A stretch of 32,000 nucleotides of DNA from Crocosphaera subtropica ATCC 51142 (GCF_000017845.1 NC_010546.1:4620001-4652000), one strand, 5' to 3'; positions 8,461 through 18,624 are shown, counted from the first letter of the stretch. Numbers and translations are program-made. Notes: generated by a model not told the origin, from the sequence alone.

Positions 8461-9216
8461 ATGACAATGTTAAATGGTTTACGCATTTTAGACACCTTAC
8501 CCCTTGCTGCCTTAGAAGTGGGTAAGCACTGGTATTGGGAGATTGGCAATTTAAAACTACACGGACAGGTATTTATGGCCTCGTGGGTAGTAATTGCCTT
8601 ATTGATTATCGCTTCGTTACTAGCAACCCGTAATATTCAACGGGTTCCTAGCGGAATGCAAAACTTCATGGAATACGTTCTAGAATTTTTGCGGGACTTA
8701 GCGAGAACTCAATTAGGAGAAAAACACTATCGTCCTTGGTTGCCCTTTATCGGGACATTGTTTTTATTCATTTTCGTCTCCAACTGGTCAGGTTCTTTAA
8801 TACCTTGGAGACTAATAGAAATTCCCGAAGGAGAATTAGCGGCCCCAACTAACGACATCAATACCACCGTAGCTTTAGCCTTATTAACCTCTCTGGCGTA
8901 TTTTTACGCGGGTTTGAGTAAAAAAGGACTAGGATACTTTGCCAATTATGTCCAACCGATTCCCGTTCTCCTACCCATCAAAATTTTAGAAGATTTTACC
9001 AAGCCCCTCTCCCTAAGTTTCCGTCTTTTTGGGAACATTTTGGCCGATGAATTGGTAGTAGCGGTGCTTGTATTTTTAGTCCCCTTATTTGTGCCATTAC
9101 CCCTAATGGCCTTAGGATTATTTACCAGTGCCATCCAAGCCTTAGTATTTGCCACCTTAGCAGGGGCTTATATTCATGAGGCCATCGAGTCCGAAGAAGA
9201 AGAAGAACACGCTTAA
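8461..9216 (+). CDS. atpB: F0F1 ATP synthase subunit a (cyanobacterial name atpI)
   Basis: 251 aa with the conserved [15 protein letters not shown] motif containing the essential Arg, and multiple TM helices. Confidence 0.95.
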   Translation: MTMLNGLRILDTLPLAALEVGKHWYWEIGNLKLHGQVFMASWVVIALLIIASLLATRNIQRVPSGMQNFMEYVLEFLRDLARTQLGEKHYRPWLPFIGTLFLFIFVSNWSGSLIPWRLIEIPEGELAAPTNDINTTVALALLTSLAYFYAGLSKKGLGYFANYVQPIPVLLPIKILEDFTKPLSLSFRLFGNILADELVVAVLVFLVPLFVPLPLMALGLFTSAIQALVFATLAGAYIHEAIESEEEEEHA

Positions 9217-9429
9217 AGGTAAAATCTTTGCGGGTAAAAAGGAGATAGACGAATATCTGTTGAACAAAAATGACCAAAACGTAAGACAATAACATGAGAA
9301 GTTGTCCAGAGAAAAGTTAAATCAATCATTTTCTGGCGACATCTCAAGTCCTTACCAATTGGGAGTTCACCATAGTTCGTCATCCCATTGGGAAACTTCG
9401 CGCTCCTAAACTCTTAAGCTAATCATTAG

Positions 9430-9717
<288 letters not shown>

Positions 9718-9803
9718 AACCTAATCCAATGGTAGAGACAGCAACTGTGCTGTCTCTGCATCAAAAAAAGCGTTAAGAAAACCAAGACGTAGATGGGTGA
9801 ACC

Positions 9804-10235
9804 ATGTTTGATTTTGATGCAACTTTGCCCTTGATGGCATTGCAATTTGTCCTGTTGGCGATTATTCTCAACGCCATTTTTTATAAGCCCTTGAATAAGG
9901 CATTAGACGAAAGGGCTGACTACATCCGCCAAAACGAAACCGGTGGACAACAACAGTTAGCCGAAGCTAAAGAACTAGCGGCCAAATACGAACAACAATT
10001 GGCCCAGGCGCGTAAGGAGTCTCAAGATATTGTTGCCCAAGCGCAAGCAGAAGCTAAGCAACTGGCAACAGAAGCTGTCGCCGAAGCCCAAAAAGAAGCC
10101 ATAGCCAAAAAAGAGGCAGCTGCCCAAGAAATTGAGCAGCAACGCCAAGAGGCTCTAAAAACCCTAGAACAACAGGTTGATACCTTAAGCCGTCAAATTC
10201 TAGAAAAACTTTTAGGGCCAGAATTAGTCAAATAA
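9804..10235 (+). CDS. atpF2: F0F1 ATP synthase subunit b' (cyanobacterial name atpG)
   Basis: 143 aa: a single N-terminal TM helix followed by a long A/E/Q/K-rich coiled coil. Lies between the c and b genes. Confidence 0.9.
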   Translation: MFDFDATLPLMALQFVLLAIILNAIFYKPLNKALDERADYIRQNETGGQQQLAEAKELAAKYEQQLAQARKESQDIVAQAQAEAKQLATEAVAEAQKEAIAKKEAAAQEIEQQRQEALKTLEQQVDTLSRQILEKLLGPELVK

Positions 10236-10247
10236 CGATGCTGTCCG

Positions 10248-10802
10248 TTGACTTCAATAACCGGTATGATCGATCCTTTTTTATTATTAGCCACTGAAAG
10301 TCACGCCGAAGGGGAAGCCCTCATTGGTTTCCACTTCGACTTCTTAGAAAGTAACATTCTCAATTTAGCCATTCTTGTCGGCGTTTTGGTCTTTTATGGT
10401 CGTAAAGTTGTGGGAAATATCCTCAGCGAGCGACGAAATCAAATTGCCCAAGCCATTCAAGAGGCTGAAGAAAAACAACGTACAGCAGCCCAAGCGTTAG
10501 CTAAAGAAAAAGAAAACTTAGCTCAAGCTCAAAAAGAAGCTGCACGCATTCACGAAGCTGCCATCGAAAGAGCTAAAACCCTTAGAGCCGAAATTGCGGC
10601 ACAAAGCGAACGAGATATTGCTCGTCTCAAAGAAACCGCTGCAGCCGATCTTTCCTCTGAGCAAGAACGGGTAATGGCGCAATTGAAAAAACAAATTGCC
10701 GAACAAGCCATTGTTAAAGCAGAAAGTCAACTTAAAGCACAAGTTGACAATAATACCCAACAACGGCTTATTGATCGCAGTATTGCTAGGTTAGGAGGTT
10801 AA
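10248..10802 (+). CDS. atpF: F0F1 ATP synthase subunit b
   Basis: One TM helix ([18 protein letters not shown]) plus an A/E/Q/K coiled coil. The listed start is TTG at 10248; ATG at 10266 ([11 protein letters not shown]...) is an equally likely start. Confidence 0.9.
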   Translation: MTSITGMIDPFLLLATESHAEGEALIGFHFDFLESNILNLAILVGVLVFYGRKVVGNILSERRNQIAQAIQEAEEKQRTAAQALAKEKENLAQAQKEAARIHEAAIERAKTLRAEIAAQSERDIARLKETAAADLSSEQERVMAQLKKQIAEQAIVKAESQLKAQVDNNTQQRLIDRSIARLGG

Positions 10803-10804
10803 GG

Positions 10805-11362
10805 GTGAAAGGATCACTGTTTAGTACAGAAATCGCTGAGCCCTACGCTCAAGCACTAATGTCCCTCGCACAATCCCGCGACATTACCCGCTCCATTGGG
10901 GAAGATTGCCGTAGTATTTTAGACATTTTAGAAGAATCTGCGGAGTTACGGGAATTTATTAGCTCTCCTATCATTAAGGATGAGGATAAACGAGGGGTTC
11001 TAAATCGGCTCCTAGGAAACGATATCCATCACTATTTACGGAACTTTCTCATGTTGTTGGTGGATAAACGACGAATCGTTTTTCTACAAGCCATTTGCGA
11101 ACAATACTTGGCTTTACTCAGAAAATTAACCAATACCGTTCTGGCTGAAGTCACCGCTTCAACGGAGTTGAGCGAGGGTCAACGTCGGGACGTGATCGAT
11201 AAAATTAAAGCCTTAACCGGAGCCGAATCGGTAGAATTGAAAACCGATATTGACCCGGATTTAATCGGCGGTGTCATTATCAAAGTCGGCTCTCAAGTCT
11301 TTGATGCTAGTTTGCGTGGACAACTCCGTCGCATCAGTATCAGTCTTACCGGAGCATCATAA
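10805..11362 (+). CDS. atpH: F0F1 ATP synthase subunit delta (OSCP; cyanobacterial name atpD)
   Basis: 185 aa with a GTG start 2 nt after the atpF stop. OSCP-like ending [23 protein letters not shown]. Confidence 0.9.
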   Translation: MKGSLFSTEIAEPYAQALMSLAQSRDITRSIGEDCRSILDILEESAELREFISSPIIKDEDKRGVLNRLLGNDIHHYLRNFLMLLVDKRRIVFLQAICEQYLALLRKLTNTVLAEVTASTELSEGQRRDVIDKIKALTGAESVELKTDIDPDLIGGVIIKVGSQVFDASLRGQLRRISISLTGAS

Positions 11363-11406
11363 GCTTAACCCATTGTAATTCATTCAATTGCTAAAAAGAT
11401 CCCACT

Positions 11407-12918
11407 ATGGTTAGTATCAGACCTGACGAAATCAGCAGCATTATTCGCGAACAAATCGAGTCCTATGACCAAAGCGTTCAAGTCTCTAATGTGGGAACCG
11501 TTCTCCAAGTTGGGGACGGAACTGCCCGTATTTACGGCTTAGAACAGTGTATGGCCGGAGAATTATTAGAATTTGAAGACGGAACCATTGGTATTGCTCT
11601 CAACTTAGAAGAAGATAACGTGGGAGCCGTATTAATGGGGACAGGCTTTGGTATTCAAGAAGGGAGTAGCGTTCAAGCCACCGGAAAAATTGCTCAGGTT
11701 CCTGTTGGTGATGCCATGATCGGTCGGGTGGTAGACTCCCTCGGTCGTCCCATCGATGGTAAAGGGGATATCAATACCAGCGAAAGCCGTTTAATTGAAT
11801 CTCCTGCTCCTGGTATTATTGCTCGGAAATCCGTGTGTGAACCCATGCAAACGGGAATTACCGCTATCGATGCCATGATTCCTATTGGTAGAGGCCAACG
11901 GGAATTAATTATCGGTGACCGTAAGACCGGAAAAACAGCGATCGCCATCGACACGATCATTAACCAGAAATCTGAAGATGTCATCTGTGTTTATGTGGCC
12001 ATCGGTCAAAAAGCGTCTACCGTCGCTCAAGTGATCGGTACATTAGAAGAAAAAGGCGCAATGGACTACACTATCGTAGTGGCAGCCAACGCTAACGATC
12101 CTGCTACTTTACAATATCTGGCTCCCTATACCGGAGCGACCTTAGCAGAATACTTTATGTACAACGGCAAGGCTACCCTGGTTATCTATGATGACCTCTC
12201 TAAGCAAGCTCAAGCCTACCGTCAGTTATCCCTATTACTCCGTCGTCCCCCCGGACGCGAAGCCTATCCTGGAGACGTTTTCTACATCCACTCTCGCTTA
12301 CTAGAACGGGCCGCTAAACTCAGTGATGCCCTGGGGGGTGGTAGTATGACTGCGTTGCCTATCATCGAAACCCAAGCAGGGGACGTATCGGCATACATTC
12401 CTACCAACGTAATTTCTATTACCGACGGGCAAATCTTTTTATCCAGTGACTTATTTAACGCTGGTTTCCGTCCCGCTATTAACGCAGGGATCTCCGTGAG
12501 TCGGGTGGGTTCTGCTGCTCAAACCAAAGCCATGAAACAGGTAGCAGGGAAATTAAAGTTAGAACTGGCTCAGTTTGCCGAACTAGAAGCCTTCTCCCAG
12601 TTTGCCTCTGACTTAGATGCGGCAACCCAAGCACAACTAGCACGGGGTCAACGGTTACGTCAAATCCTCAAACAACCGGAAAACTCTCCTTTAGCGGTTT
12701 GGGAACAGGTGGCCGTTGCTTACGCTGGACTCAATGGTTACATCGATGATGTTCCAGTGGATAAAGCCACCGAGTTCGCTGCTGGACTACGGGAATATAT
12801 TGCTACCAGTAAGCCAAAATACCCTGAAATTATCAAGAGTGAGAAAAAACTCACCGATGAAGCAGAAAGCTTGCTAAAAGAAGCCATTTCTGAATATAAG
12901 CAAGCCTTTAGTGCTTAG
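11407..12918 (+). CDS. atpA: F0F1 ATP synthase subunit alpha
   Basis: 503 aa with the Walker A motif GDRKTGKT. Highly conserved alpha-subunit sequence throughout. Confidence 0.98.
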   Translation: MVSIRPDEISSIIREQIESYDQSVQVSNVGTVLQVGDGTARIYGLEQCMAGELLEFEDGTIGIALNLEEDNVGAVLMGTGFGIQEGSSVQATGKIAQVPVGDAMIGRVVDSLGRPIDGKGDINTSESRLIESPAPGIIARKSVCEPMQTGITAIDAMIPIGRGQRELIIGDRKTGKTAIAIDTIINQKSEDVICVYVAIGQKASTVAQVIGTLEEKGAMDYTIVVAANANDPATLQYLAPYTGATLAEYFMYNGKATLVIYDDLSKQAQAYRQLSLLLRRPPGREAYPGDVFYIHSRLLERAAKLSDALGGGSMTALPIIETQAGDVSAYIPTNVISITDGQIFLSSDLFNAGFRPAINAGISVSRVGSAAQTKAMKQVAGKLKLELAQFAELEAFSQFASDLDAATQAQLARGQRLRQILKQPENSPLAVWEQVAVAYAGLNGYIDDVPVDKATEFAAGLREYIATSKPKYPEIIKSEKKLTDEAESLLKEAISEYKQAFSA

Positions 12919-13006
12919 TAATGTCGGGTTATTGTGTCAGTGATCTCCTGAGGATCACTGACCTTAAATTAGAACGTAAGTATTAATCAATAATCACTCT
13001 CACATT

Positions 13007-13951
13007 ATGCCTAACCTTAAAGCGATTCGCGATCGCATTCAGTCGGTCAAGAATACCAAAAAAATTACTGAAGCCATGCGCTTAGTGGCCGCTGCTAAAG
13101 TGCGTCGGGCCCAAGAACAAGTTATCTCGACTCGTCCCTTTGCTGACGCTTTAGCTAATGTTCTCTTTAACTTACTCAACCGTTTGAAGTTTGGAGATGT
13201 TAGTTTACCCCTACTGCAACAAAGAGACGTTAAAACCGTCGGTATCGTGGTTGTTTCTGGCGATCGCGGTTTATGTGGCGGTTACAACAGTTATGTGATT
13301 CGTCGGGCTGAACAACGAATTAAAGAGTTAAAAGAACAAGGGGTTAATTATCGGTTAGTGACGATTGGCCGCAAAGCCACTCAATATTTTTCTCGTCGGG
13401 AAGCCCCCATTGAGAGCAAATATACAGGATTAAACCAAATTCCCACTGCGGATGAAGCGGCCACCATTGCCGATGAACTGCTTTCTTTGTTTTTATCAGA
13501 AACAGTGGATCGGGTGGAATTAATTTACACTCGCTTCGTCTCTTTAATTAGTTCTCGCCCTGTGGTACAAACCTTAGCCCCGTTAACCATGCAAGGGTTA
13601 GAAACAGAAGACGATGAAATTTTCCGTTTAATTACCCGTGAAGGTAAACTACAAGTGGAACGGGAAACCGTCACTCAAACCATGAGTAGCTTTCCCCAAG
13701 ACATGATTTTTGAACAAGATCCTGTTCAAATTCTGGATGCTTTATTACCTTTATATATCAATAACCAATTACTAAGAGCGTTACAAGAAGCGGCTGCTAG
13801 TGAGTTAGCTGCAAGAATGACGGCTATGAGTAATGCGAGTGACAATGCGGGCCAATTAATTGGAACCCTAACTTTATCCTATAACAAAGCTCGTCAGGCA
13901 GCCATTACTCAACAGTTAATGGAAGTGGTTGCTGGTGCCAATGCTTTGTAA
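13007..13951 (+). CDS. atpG: F0F1 ATP synthase subunit gamma (cyanobacterial name atpC)
   Basis: 314 aa with N-terminus [31 protein letters not shown] and C-terminus [20 protein letters not shown]. Carries the cyanobacterial-type insertion without the chloroplast redox Cys pair. Confidence 0.95.
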   Translation: MPNLKAIRDRIQSVKNTKKITEAMRLVAAAKVRRAQEQVISTRPFADALANVLFNLLNRLKFGDVSLPLLQQRDVKTVGIVVVSGDRGLCGGYNSYVIRRAEQRIKELKEQGVNYRLVTIGRKATQYFSRREAPIESKYTGLNQIPTADEAATIADELLSLFLSETVDRVELIYTRFVSLISSRPVVQTLAPLTMQGLETEDDEIFRLITREGKLQVERETVTQTMSSFPQDMIFEQDPVQILDALLPLYINNQLLRALQEAAASELAARMTAMSNASDNAGQLIGTLTLSYNKARQAAITQQLMEVVAGANAL

Positions 13952-13974
13952 GTTCTGCTTTGTTTTTTGAATGG

Positions 13975-14005
13975 GCGTTTAGATAGAATTCTAAACGCTT
14001 TTTTA
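13975..14005 (+). terminator. Intrinsic terminator of the atp1 operon
   Basis: A perfect 9-bp stem GCGTTTAGA / TCTAAACGC with loop TAGAAT, followed immediately by TTTTTTATT. It lies 24 nt after the gamma stop codon. Confidence 0.7.
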
Positions 14006-14112
14006 TTAAAAAAATTTTATAATTTTTCCCAGTCATTTTCAGTTACAGGGTTCCCCCTGCATTAACCATGATTATCAATCGGTTGCGAGTGGGGGATCAT
14101 CTCATGTCAAGA

Positions 14113-14271
14113 TTAAAGATGTAAATAGGCTGCTTCTGCTTCGAGTTGACGTACTAAATAATCGTTGTTGGAAGCCCTAGCAACTTCTAAACGATGTTGT
14201 AAACTTTTCCGCAGACTTTCACGATGGGCTTTGATTGCTTGTGTGATGGTTTCTTGACTGGTTTTGTTCAT
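14113..14271 (-). CDS. 52-aa small protein, possibly PirA-like (PII-interacting regulator of arginine synthesis); identity tentative
   Basis: MNKTSQETITQAIKAHRESLRKSLQHRLEVARASNNDYLVRQLEAEAAYLHL. AAGGA lies 9 nt upstream of this ATG. The longer listed ORF (to 14388) would overlap the divergent gene starting at 14362. The HR..L...L..RLE.AR......L..QLEAEA pattern matches my recollection of small cyanobacterial PirA-type proteins; this is not verified. Confidence 0.45.
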   Translation of the reverse strand: MNKTSQETITQAIKAHRESLRKSLQHRLEVARASNNDYLVRQLEAEAAYLHL

Positions 14272-14361
14272 AGTAAACATCCTTTTGTTAGATTTTATGG
14301 TATTGGCTATTTCTAACATAACATTTCGTGTATCCTGTTCAAAGGTTGTTAATAAATATTT

Positions 14362-15174
14362 ATGACGTTGATCTCCATGAAAAAACAATCTGAAATAAAG
14401 GCGATCGCTCTATTAACAGACTTTGGCTTAAACGATGGCTATGTGGGGATCATGAAGGGGGTCATCGCTTCAATTAATCCGAATATCCCTATGATTGACC
14501 TCACCCATAGTATTCCCCCTCAGCAAATATGGGCAGCTAGGTTTTGTTTAATGAACGCCTATCCTTACTTTCCCAAAGATACGGTGTATTTAGCTGTAGT
14601 CGATCCAGGAGTCGGTAGTCAAAGACGCAGTGTGGCAATTGAGTGTTCCCAAGGGTATTTAGTGGGGCCGGATAATGGTTTATTTAGCGGTATTTTGGCC
14701 AACAATTCAGCCTTGGCAGCAGTATCATTAACCAATACTGACTATTGGCGTGATCCTGATGTTAGTTTAACCTTTCATGGTCGAGATATTTTTGCCCCTG
14801 TTGCTGCCTATTTAGCTTCTGGGGTTCCTCTAGAAGCATTAGGGGACGCTATTCCTATTAGGAGTTTAGTCAATTTTCCTTTAGAGTCTCCTCAGATTAC
14901 GGATAAAAATATACAAGGTTTTATTCAATATATTGATCATTTTGGAAACTTAATTACTAATGTTTCATCTCGTCAGATAAAAGCTAAAAAGTGGTTCATT
15001 ATTATTGATAATCAGGTCATACAATCTGGTTCAACTTACAGCGAAGTTTCACCAGGAAAACTGATAGCATTAATTGGAAGTCACGGCTGGGTCGAAATTG
15101 CCGTAAACGGAGGTAATGCTCAAGAAAAGTTACAAGTTAAATGGGGAGAAAAAATAACGATAAATTATCAATAA
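14362..15174 (+). CDS. SAM hydrolase / SAM hydroxide adenosyltransferase family protein (DUF62, fluorinase/chlorinase-related)
   Basis: The N-terminal signature LLTDFGLNDGYVGIMKGVI, VVDPGVGS, GPDNGL, HGRDIFAP and the C-terminal beta-barrel region (IDHFGNLITN) are typical of the family. An alternative start is ATG at 14377. Confidence 0.8.
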   Translation: MTLISMKKQSEIKAIALLTDFGLNDGYVGIMKGVIASINPNIPMIDLTHSIPPQQIWAARFCLMNAYPYFPKDTVYLAVVDPGVGSQRRSVAIECSQGYLVGPDNGLFSGILANNSALAAVSLTNTDYWRDPDVSLTFHGRDIFAPVAAYLASGVPLEALGDAIPIRSLVNFPLESPQITDKNIQGFIQYIDHFGNLITNVSSRQIKAKKWFIIIDNQVIQSGSTYSEVSPGKLIALIGSHGWVEIAVNGGNAQEKLQVKWGEKITINYQ

Positions 15175-15251
15175 ATTGTTTATTTTTGCTTGAAAAATTA
15201 TCTTTAATTCAAGTGCATTATTAAGATTTTAGGCTAGTAAATTCATTTTTT

Positions 15252-15341
15252 ATACCAAATGCGCTTATCATCGTAGAGTAATCTTCTTTCTCCCTCTGCC
15301 TTCTCAAGATGATTGTCTACTGTCTAAAGCGGATCTCGTAT
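15252..15341. mobile_element. MITE-like short repeat, diverged copy A
   Basis: ATACCAAATGCGCTTATCATCGTAGAGTAATCTTCTTTCTCCCTCTGCC...CTGTCTAAAGCGGATCTCGTAT has the same termini and polypyrimidine centre as the copies at 21978-22070 and 29190-29281. Imperfect terminal inverted repeat: ATACCAAATsCGCTT versus the reverse complement of AAGCGGATCTCGTAT. Confidence 0.7.
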
Positions 15342-15385
15342 TACAACCCTTCATCAATTATTCTATCATTTCCAAAAGTAATAAT

Positions 15386-16300
15386 ATGATTTTTTTAAAC
15401 AGTCAATCAGAACCAGAGAAGATCAAACAAAAAGAATGGCAATATATGTGGCAAAAATTTCGTCGTGATCCTTTAGCAATATTTGGATTAATTACCCTGA
15501 CAATCATAATTCTTGCAGTAGTTATTGGACCGTTTATTTATCAAGTTCCTCTAGATGAAATCGATTTTGCTCAAGCTAGTGCTTTCCCCAGTTTAGAACA
15601 TCCCTTTGGTACCAATTCCCTAGGACAAGATATCTTAGCAAGAGTTTTATTTGGTGGCAGAATTTCCCTAACCGTCGGAATTTTAGCCATGTTTGTGGCT
15701 ATTTTATTAGGAACGACCATCGGAGCGATCGCAGGATTTTATGGCGGAATCATTGATGGATTATTAATGCGGTTAACGGATTTATTTCTAGCCTTACCTC
15801 AGTTACCTTTATTATTATTAGTCGTCTATTTATTTAGAGAACCCATTAAGCAAATTGCCGGTCCAGAATTAGGGATATTCGTGTTAGTTGTTATGGTAAT
15901 TGGTAGCCTTAACTGGATGTCCGTTGCGAGACTGGTAAGAGGCAATGTTTTAAAATTAAGAGCAATGGAATTTGTTAACGCAGCAGTTGCTTTAGGAGCA
16001 AAACCGAATCGTATTATTTTAATTCATGTTCTTCCTAATGTCTTAAATATAATTATAGTAGCAGCCACTTTAGGAGTGGGTAATGCCATCATTACCGAGT
16101 CGACTTTAAGTTTTTTAGGATTAGGATTTCCCCCAGATGTTCCCACATGGGGACAGATGCTATTCCAAGCCAAAGATTATCTAACCACTGCTCCTCATAT
16201 CGCTTTTTTTCCTGGTTTAGCTATCTTTTTAACTGTATTAAGTATCAACTATATCGGAGACGGACTAAGAGATGCCTTTGACCCTAAACATAGAAAATAA
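15386..16300 (+). CDS. ABC transporter permease, OppC/DppC (peptide/nickel) family
   Basis: 304 aa with about 6 TM segments. Has the family-typical N-terminal WQKFRRDPLAIFGL and the EAA-type loop ITESTLSFLGLGFPPDVPTWGQML. No ATPase, partner permease or binding-protein gene lies nearby. Confidence 0.85.
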   Translation: MIFLNSQSEPEKIKQKEWQYMWQKFRRDPLAIFGLITLTIIILAVVIGPFIYQVPLDEIDFAQASAFPSLEHPFGTNSLGQDILARVLFGGRISLTVGILAMFVAILLGTTIGAIAGFYGGIIDGLLMRLTDLFLALPQLPLLLLVVYLFREPIKQIAGPELGIFVLVVMVIGSLNWMSVARLVRGNVLKLRAMEFVNAAVALGAKPNRIILIHVLPNVLNIIIVAATLGVGNAIITESTLSFLGLGFPPDVPTWGQMLFQAKDYLTTAPHIAFFPGLAIFLTVLSINYIGDGLRDAFDPKHRK

Positions 16301-16495
16301 TCAATATAAATTTTGGTGATTAAGATTGTGATAAAAAAGTGAACAAACTAGGACAAATTAGGACAGATTAGGCTTATATTGGAGAGAAGTAAAATTTAAC
16401 CCAATGGTTAACTGATAAGAGATCCCTAATCGTTGGTCATAAGATACAATGAGGCATCAACTTTAACAAATCTCTATTAATAAACACATTATCTA

Positions 16496-17629
16496 ATGAT
16501 TGTATCGTCGAAAACTGTCCCCTTTGTCGATTTAACCCTACAACACCAACCCATACAAGCTGAAATTGAACAAGCAATGGCTACAGTTGTGCAACGGGGA
16601 GATTTTATCCTAGGAAAAACCTTAAAAGAATTTGAAACAGAATTTGCTCAAGCCAGTGGGGTCAAACACGGCGTGGGAGTGGCTTCCGGAACCGATGCGA
16701 TCGCTTTAGGACTACAAGCCTGTGGCATACTGCCAGGAGATGAGGTACTGGTTCCGGCCAATACCTTTATTGCGACAGTTATAGGAGTCATTCAAGCTGG
16801 AGCTACCCCTATATTAGTCGACTGTGATCCCCATACTGCCCTCATTGACTTAAATTTAGCTGCTAAAGCCATTACCCCTAAAACGAAAGCCATTGTCCCT
16901 GTCCATTTATACGGACAAATGGTATCCCCAACGGCGTTATTAGACTTTGCCAAGGCACATAATTTAATCATATTTGAAGATGCTGCCCAGGCACATTTAG
17001 CCCAACGAGAAGGTTATAAGGCCGGATCGGTGGGTATGGCGGCCGCCTTCAGCTTTTATCCCAGTAAAAATTTAGGGGCGTTTGGCAATGGCGGAATGTT
17101 GGTCACATCCAATGAAGAAGTTGCTCAGAGGGTTCGTACTTTGCGCAATTATGGCGCACCGAAAAAATACTACCATACAGAAGTGGGTAAAAATAGTCGT
17201 CTAGACACCTTACAAGCAGCCATTTTACAAGTTAAACTACCCTATCTCTCTCAATGGAATCAATTGAGAAATCAAGCAGGACAAATTTATGATCAGGGGT
17301 TAAAATCAGGGAAAAATAAGGGTGTCATCCCTATGAAAAACCTAAGTAAAGGGGGTCATGTTTATCATCTTTATGTTATCCGTATTAGCGAAGCATCTTC
17401 TTGGTCCCGTGAACAAGTACAAGAGTTTCTGGGAGAACGAGGCATTCAAACCGGTATTCATTATCCCATTCCTTGTCATCTACAACCCGCCTATAAAAGC
17501 TTAGGTTATCAATTAGGAGATTTTCCCCAAGCCGAGATGCTTTGTGAGGAAATTTTATCCTTACCTATGTATCCTGGCATTACCTCAGAACAAATTGCTT
17601 GGGTGATCGAACAATTATCGTTAATTTAA
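16496..17629 (+). CDS. DegT/DnrJ/EryC1/StrS-family PLP-dependent sugar aminotransferase
   Basis: GDFILGKTLKEFETEFA, GVASGTDAIALGL, IFEDAAQAH and FSFYPSKNLGA (PLP lysine) are characteristic of the family. Confidence 0.9.
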   Translation: MIVSSKTVPFVDLTLQHQPIQAEIEQAMATVVQRGDFILGKTLKEFETEFAQASGVKHGVGVASGTDAIALGLQACGILPGDEVLVPANTFIATVIGVIQAGATPILVDCDPHTALIDLNLAAKAITPKTKAIVPVHLYGQMVSPTALLDFAKAHNLIIFEDAAQAHLAQREGYKAGSVGMAAAFSFYPSKNLGAFGNGGMLVTSNEEVAQRVRTLRNYGAPKKYYHTEVGKNSRLDTLQAAILQVKLPYLSQWNQLRNQAGQIYDQGLKSGKNKGVIPMKNLSKGGHVYHLYVIRISEASSWSREQVQEFLGERGIQTGIHYPIPCHLQPAYKSLGYQLGDFPQAEMLCEEILSLPMYPGITSEQIAWVIEQLSLI

Positions 17630-17663
17630 GTTATTTACATTTAAGATTGATGGGTGATTAACA

Positions 17664-18107
17664 ATGCAAACCACTTCAAAATTATCTCCTTTTATCGAAC
17701 GGAATTTAGGCAACGTTTTAATTATTGCTTTTCTAGCGATTCTTTACACTCCTCTTCTTTTTTTCTGGTATGACGGCTGGTTGAATAAAAATATTAATAT
17801 TGAACACGAATATTTTAGCCATGCTATCATTGGCTTTCCCTATGCTGCTTATCTTATTTTTGGAAGAAACCGTCAAAAATGGCAAAAATTAAACAATAAA
17901 ATTCATCCCCTGGGGGGCTTTTTTCTGGCCCTAGGATTAGCTTTTTATATCACAGGAACTAGAGAACTGGTTTACTTATCTTTTCCTCTTGTGATTACAG
18001 GTATTATGCTCTGGTTAAAAGGGATACCTGGATTAAAATTGAATTGGTTTCCGTTGGTTTTAATTTTTCATAGAAAGATGGAAAATAGATGGTTCCCAAG
18101 ACCTTAA
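17664..18107 (+). pseudogene. N-terminal fragment of an exosortase-family (cyanoexosortase-like) membrane protein
   Basis: 147 aa with several TM helices and WLNKNINIEHEYFSHAIIG, which resembles the conserved N-terminal E-Y-S-H-G region of EpsH-type exosortases. The ORF ends (..LIFHRKMENRWFPRP*) before the part of the family that carries the catalytic Cys/Arg/His. Family members I know are roughly twice this length. Confidence 0.5.
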
Positions 18108-18417
18108 ATTTCTTTCAACCAGACAACCCAATCATTCAATCACCGCTCGTTGGTTTCAAGCTTGGAATAATAAAACCTATGCTGTCCTTCAATGGTATGC
18201 TTGGCCAGGGGGTGGTCACTATGCACCCTATCAATGGTTTTTAGCTGATCAAAAAGCACAATTAAAGCATAAACGAGTTCCCTGGATTGCTGTTTCCATT
18301 AAAATTCCTATGGAACCATTAGGAAACTTAGAAGATATGGAATCTTTGGCTAAATCCTTAGGTCAAGAAGTGCAGAAAACCTTAGAACAAGAGATTTTTA
18401 TCGATAAAACTAACTGA
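18064..18417 (+). pseudogene. Start-less +1-frame remnant, possibly the C-terminal half of an exosortase-associated protein
   Basis: 117 sense codons run from the stop at 18061-18063 to TGA at 18415-18417: FFIERWKIDGSQDLKFLSTRQPNHSITARWFQAWNNKTYAVLQWYAWPGGGHYAPYQWFLADQKAQLKHKRVPWIAVSIKIPMEPLGNLEDMESLAKSLGQEVQKTLEQEIFIDKTN. The only Met is at codon 87 of the frame. The frame overlaps the end of the exosortase fragment. Confidence 0.4.
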
Positions 18418-18426
18418 TAATGGAAC

Positions 18427-18624
18427 TTATCGTCCAATTTTTTGAGCTTGATTAACCACAACACCACTGAAAAAACGACCATAATTTTCAAGACGATCTT
18501 GTTGGCCTAATCTATCAGGGTGTTTAAAAAGATTACCTAACCCAGTTATCAACATGGCCAAGGTTGCCATGAGAATTAAATAGTTACGAAAAATGATGAT
18601 TTTTTTAGTATCGGTTGATAACAT
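18427..18624 (-). CDS. Hypothetical small membrane protein (65 aa)
   Basis: The only ORF in this gap. Has one clear TM helix (YLILMATLAMLITGLGNLF). I recognise no family. Confidence 0.3.
   Translation of the reverse strand: MLSTDTKKIIIFRNYLILMATLAMLITGLGNLFKHPDRLGQQDRLENYGRFFSGVVVNQAQKIGR

Noticed and set aside
8946-9155. 69-aa ORF antisense to ATP synthase subunit a
   Set aside because: It is nested antisense in a highly conserved gene.
10518-10763. 81-aa ORF antisense to atpF
   Set aside because: It lies antisense to the low-complexity A/E/Q/K-rich (GCA/GAA/CAA/AAA codon) coiled-coil coding sequence, and such sequence commonly carries spurious antisense ORFs.
11694-11984. 96-aa ORF antisense to atpA
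   Set aside because: It is nested antisense in one of the most conserved genes in the window.
14272-14388. N-terminal 39-codon extension of the small minus-strand ORF (the 91-aa version)
   Set aside because: It would overlap the start of the divergent DUF62 gene. The extension (MFFHGDQRHKYLLTTFEQ...) lacks an RBS, whereas the internal ATG at 14271 has AAGGA upstream.
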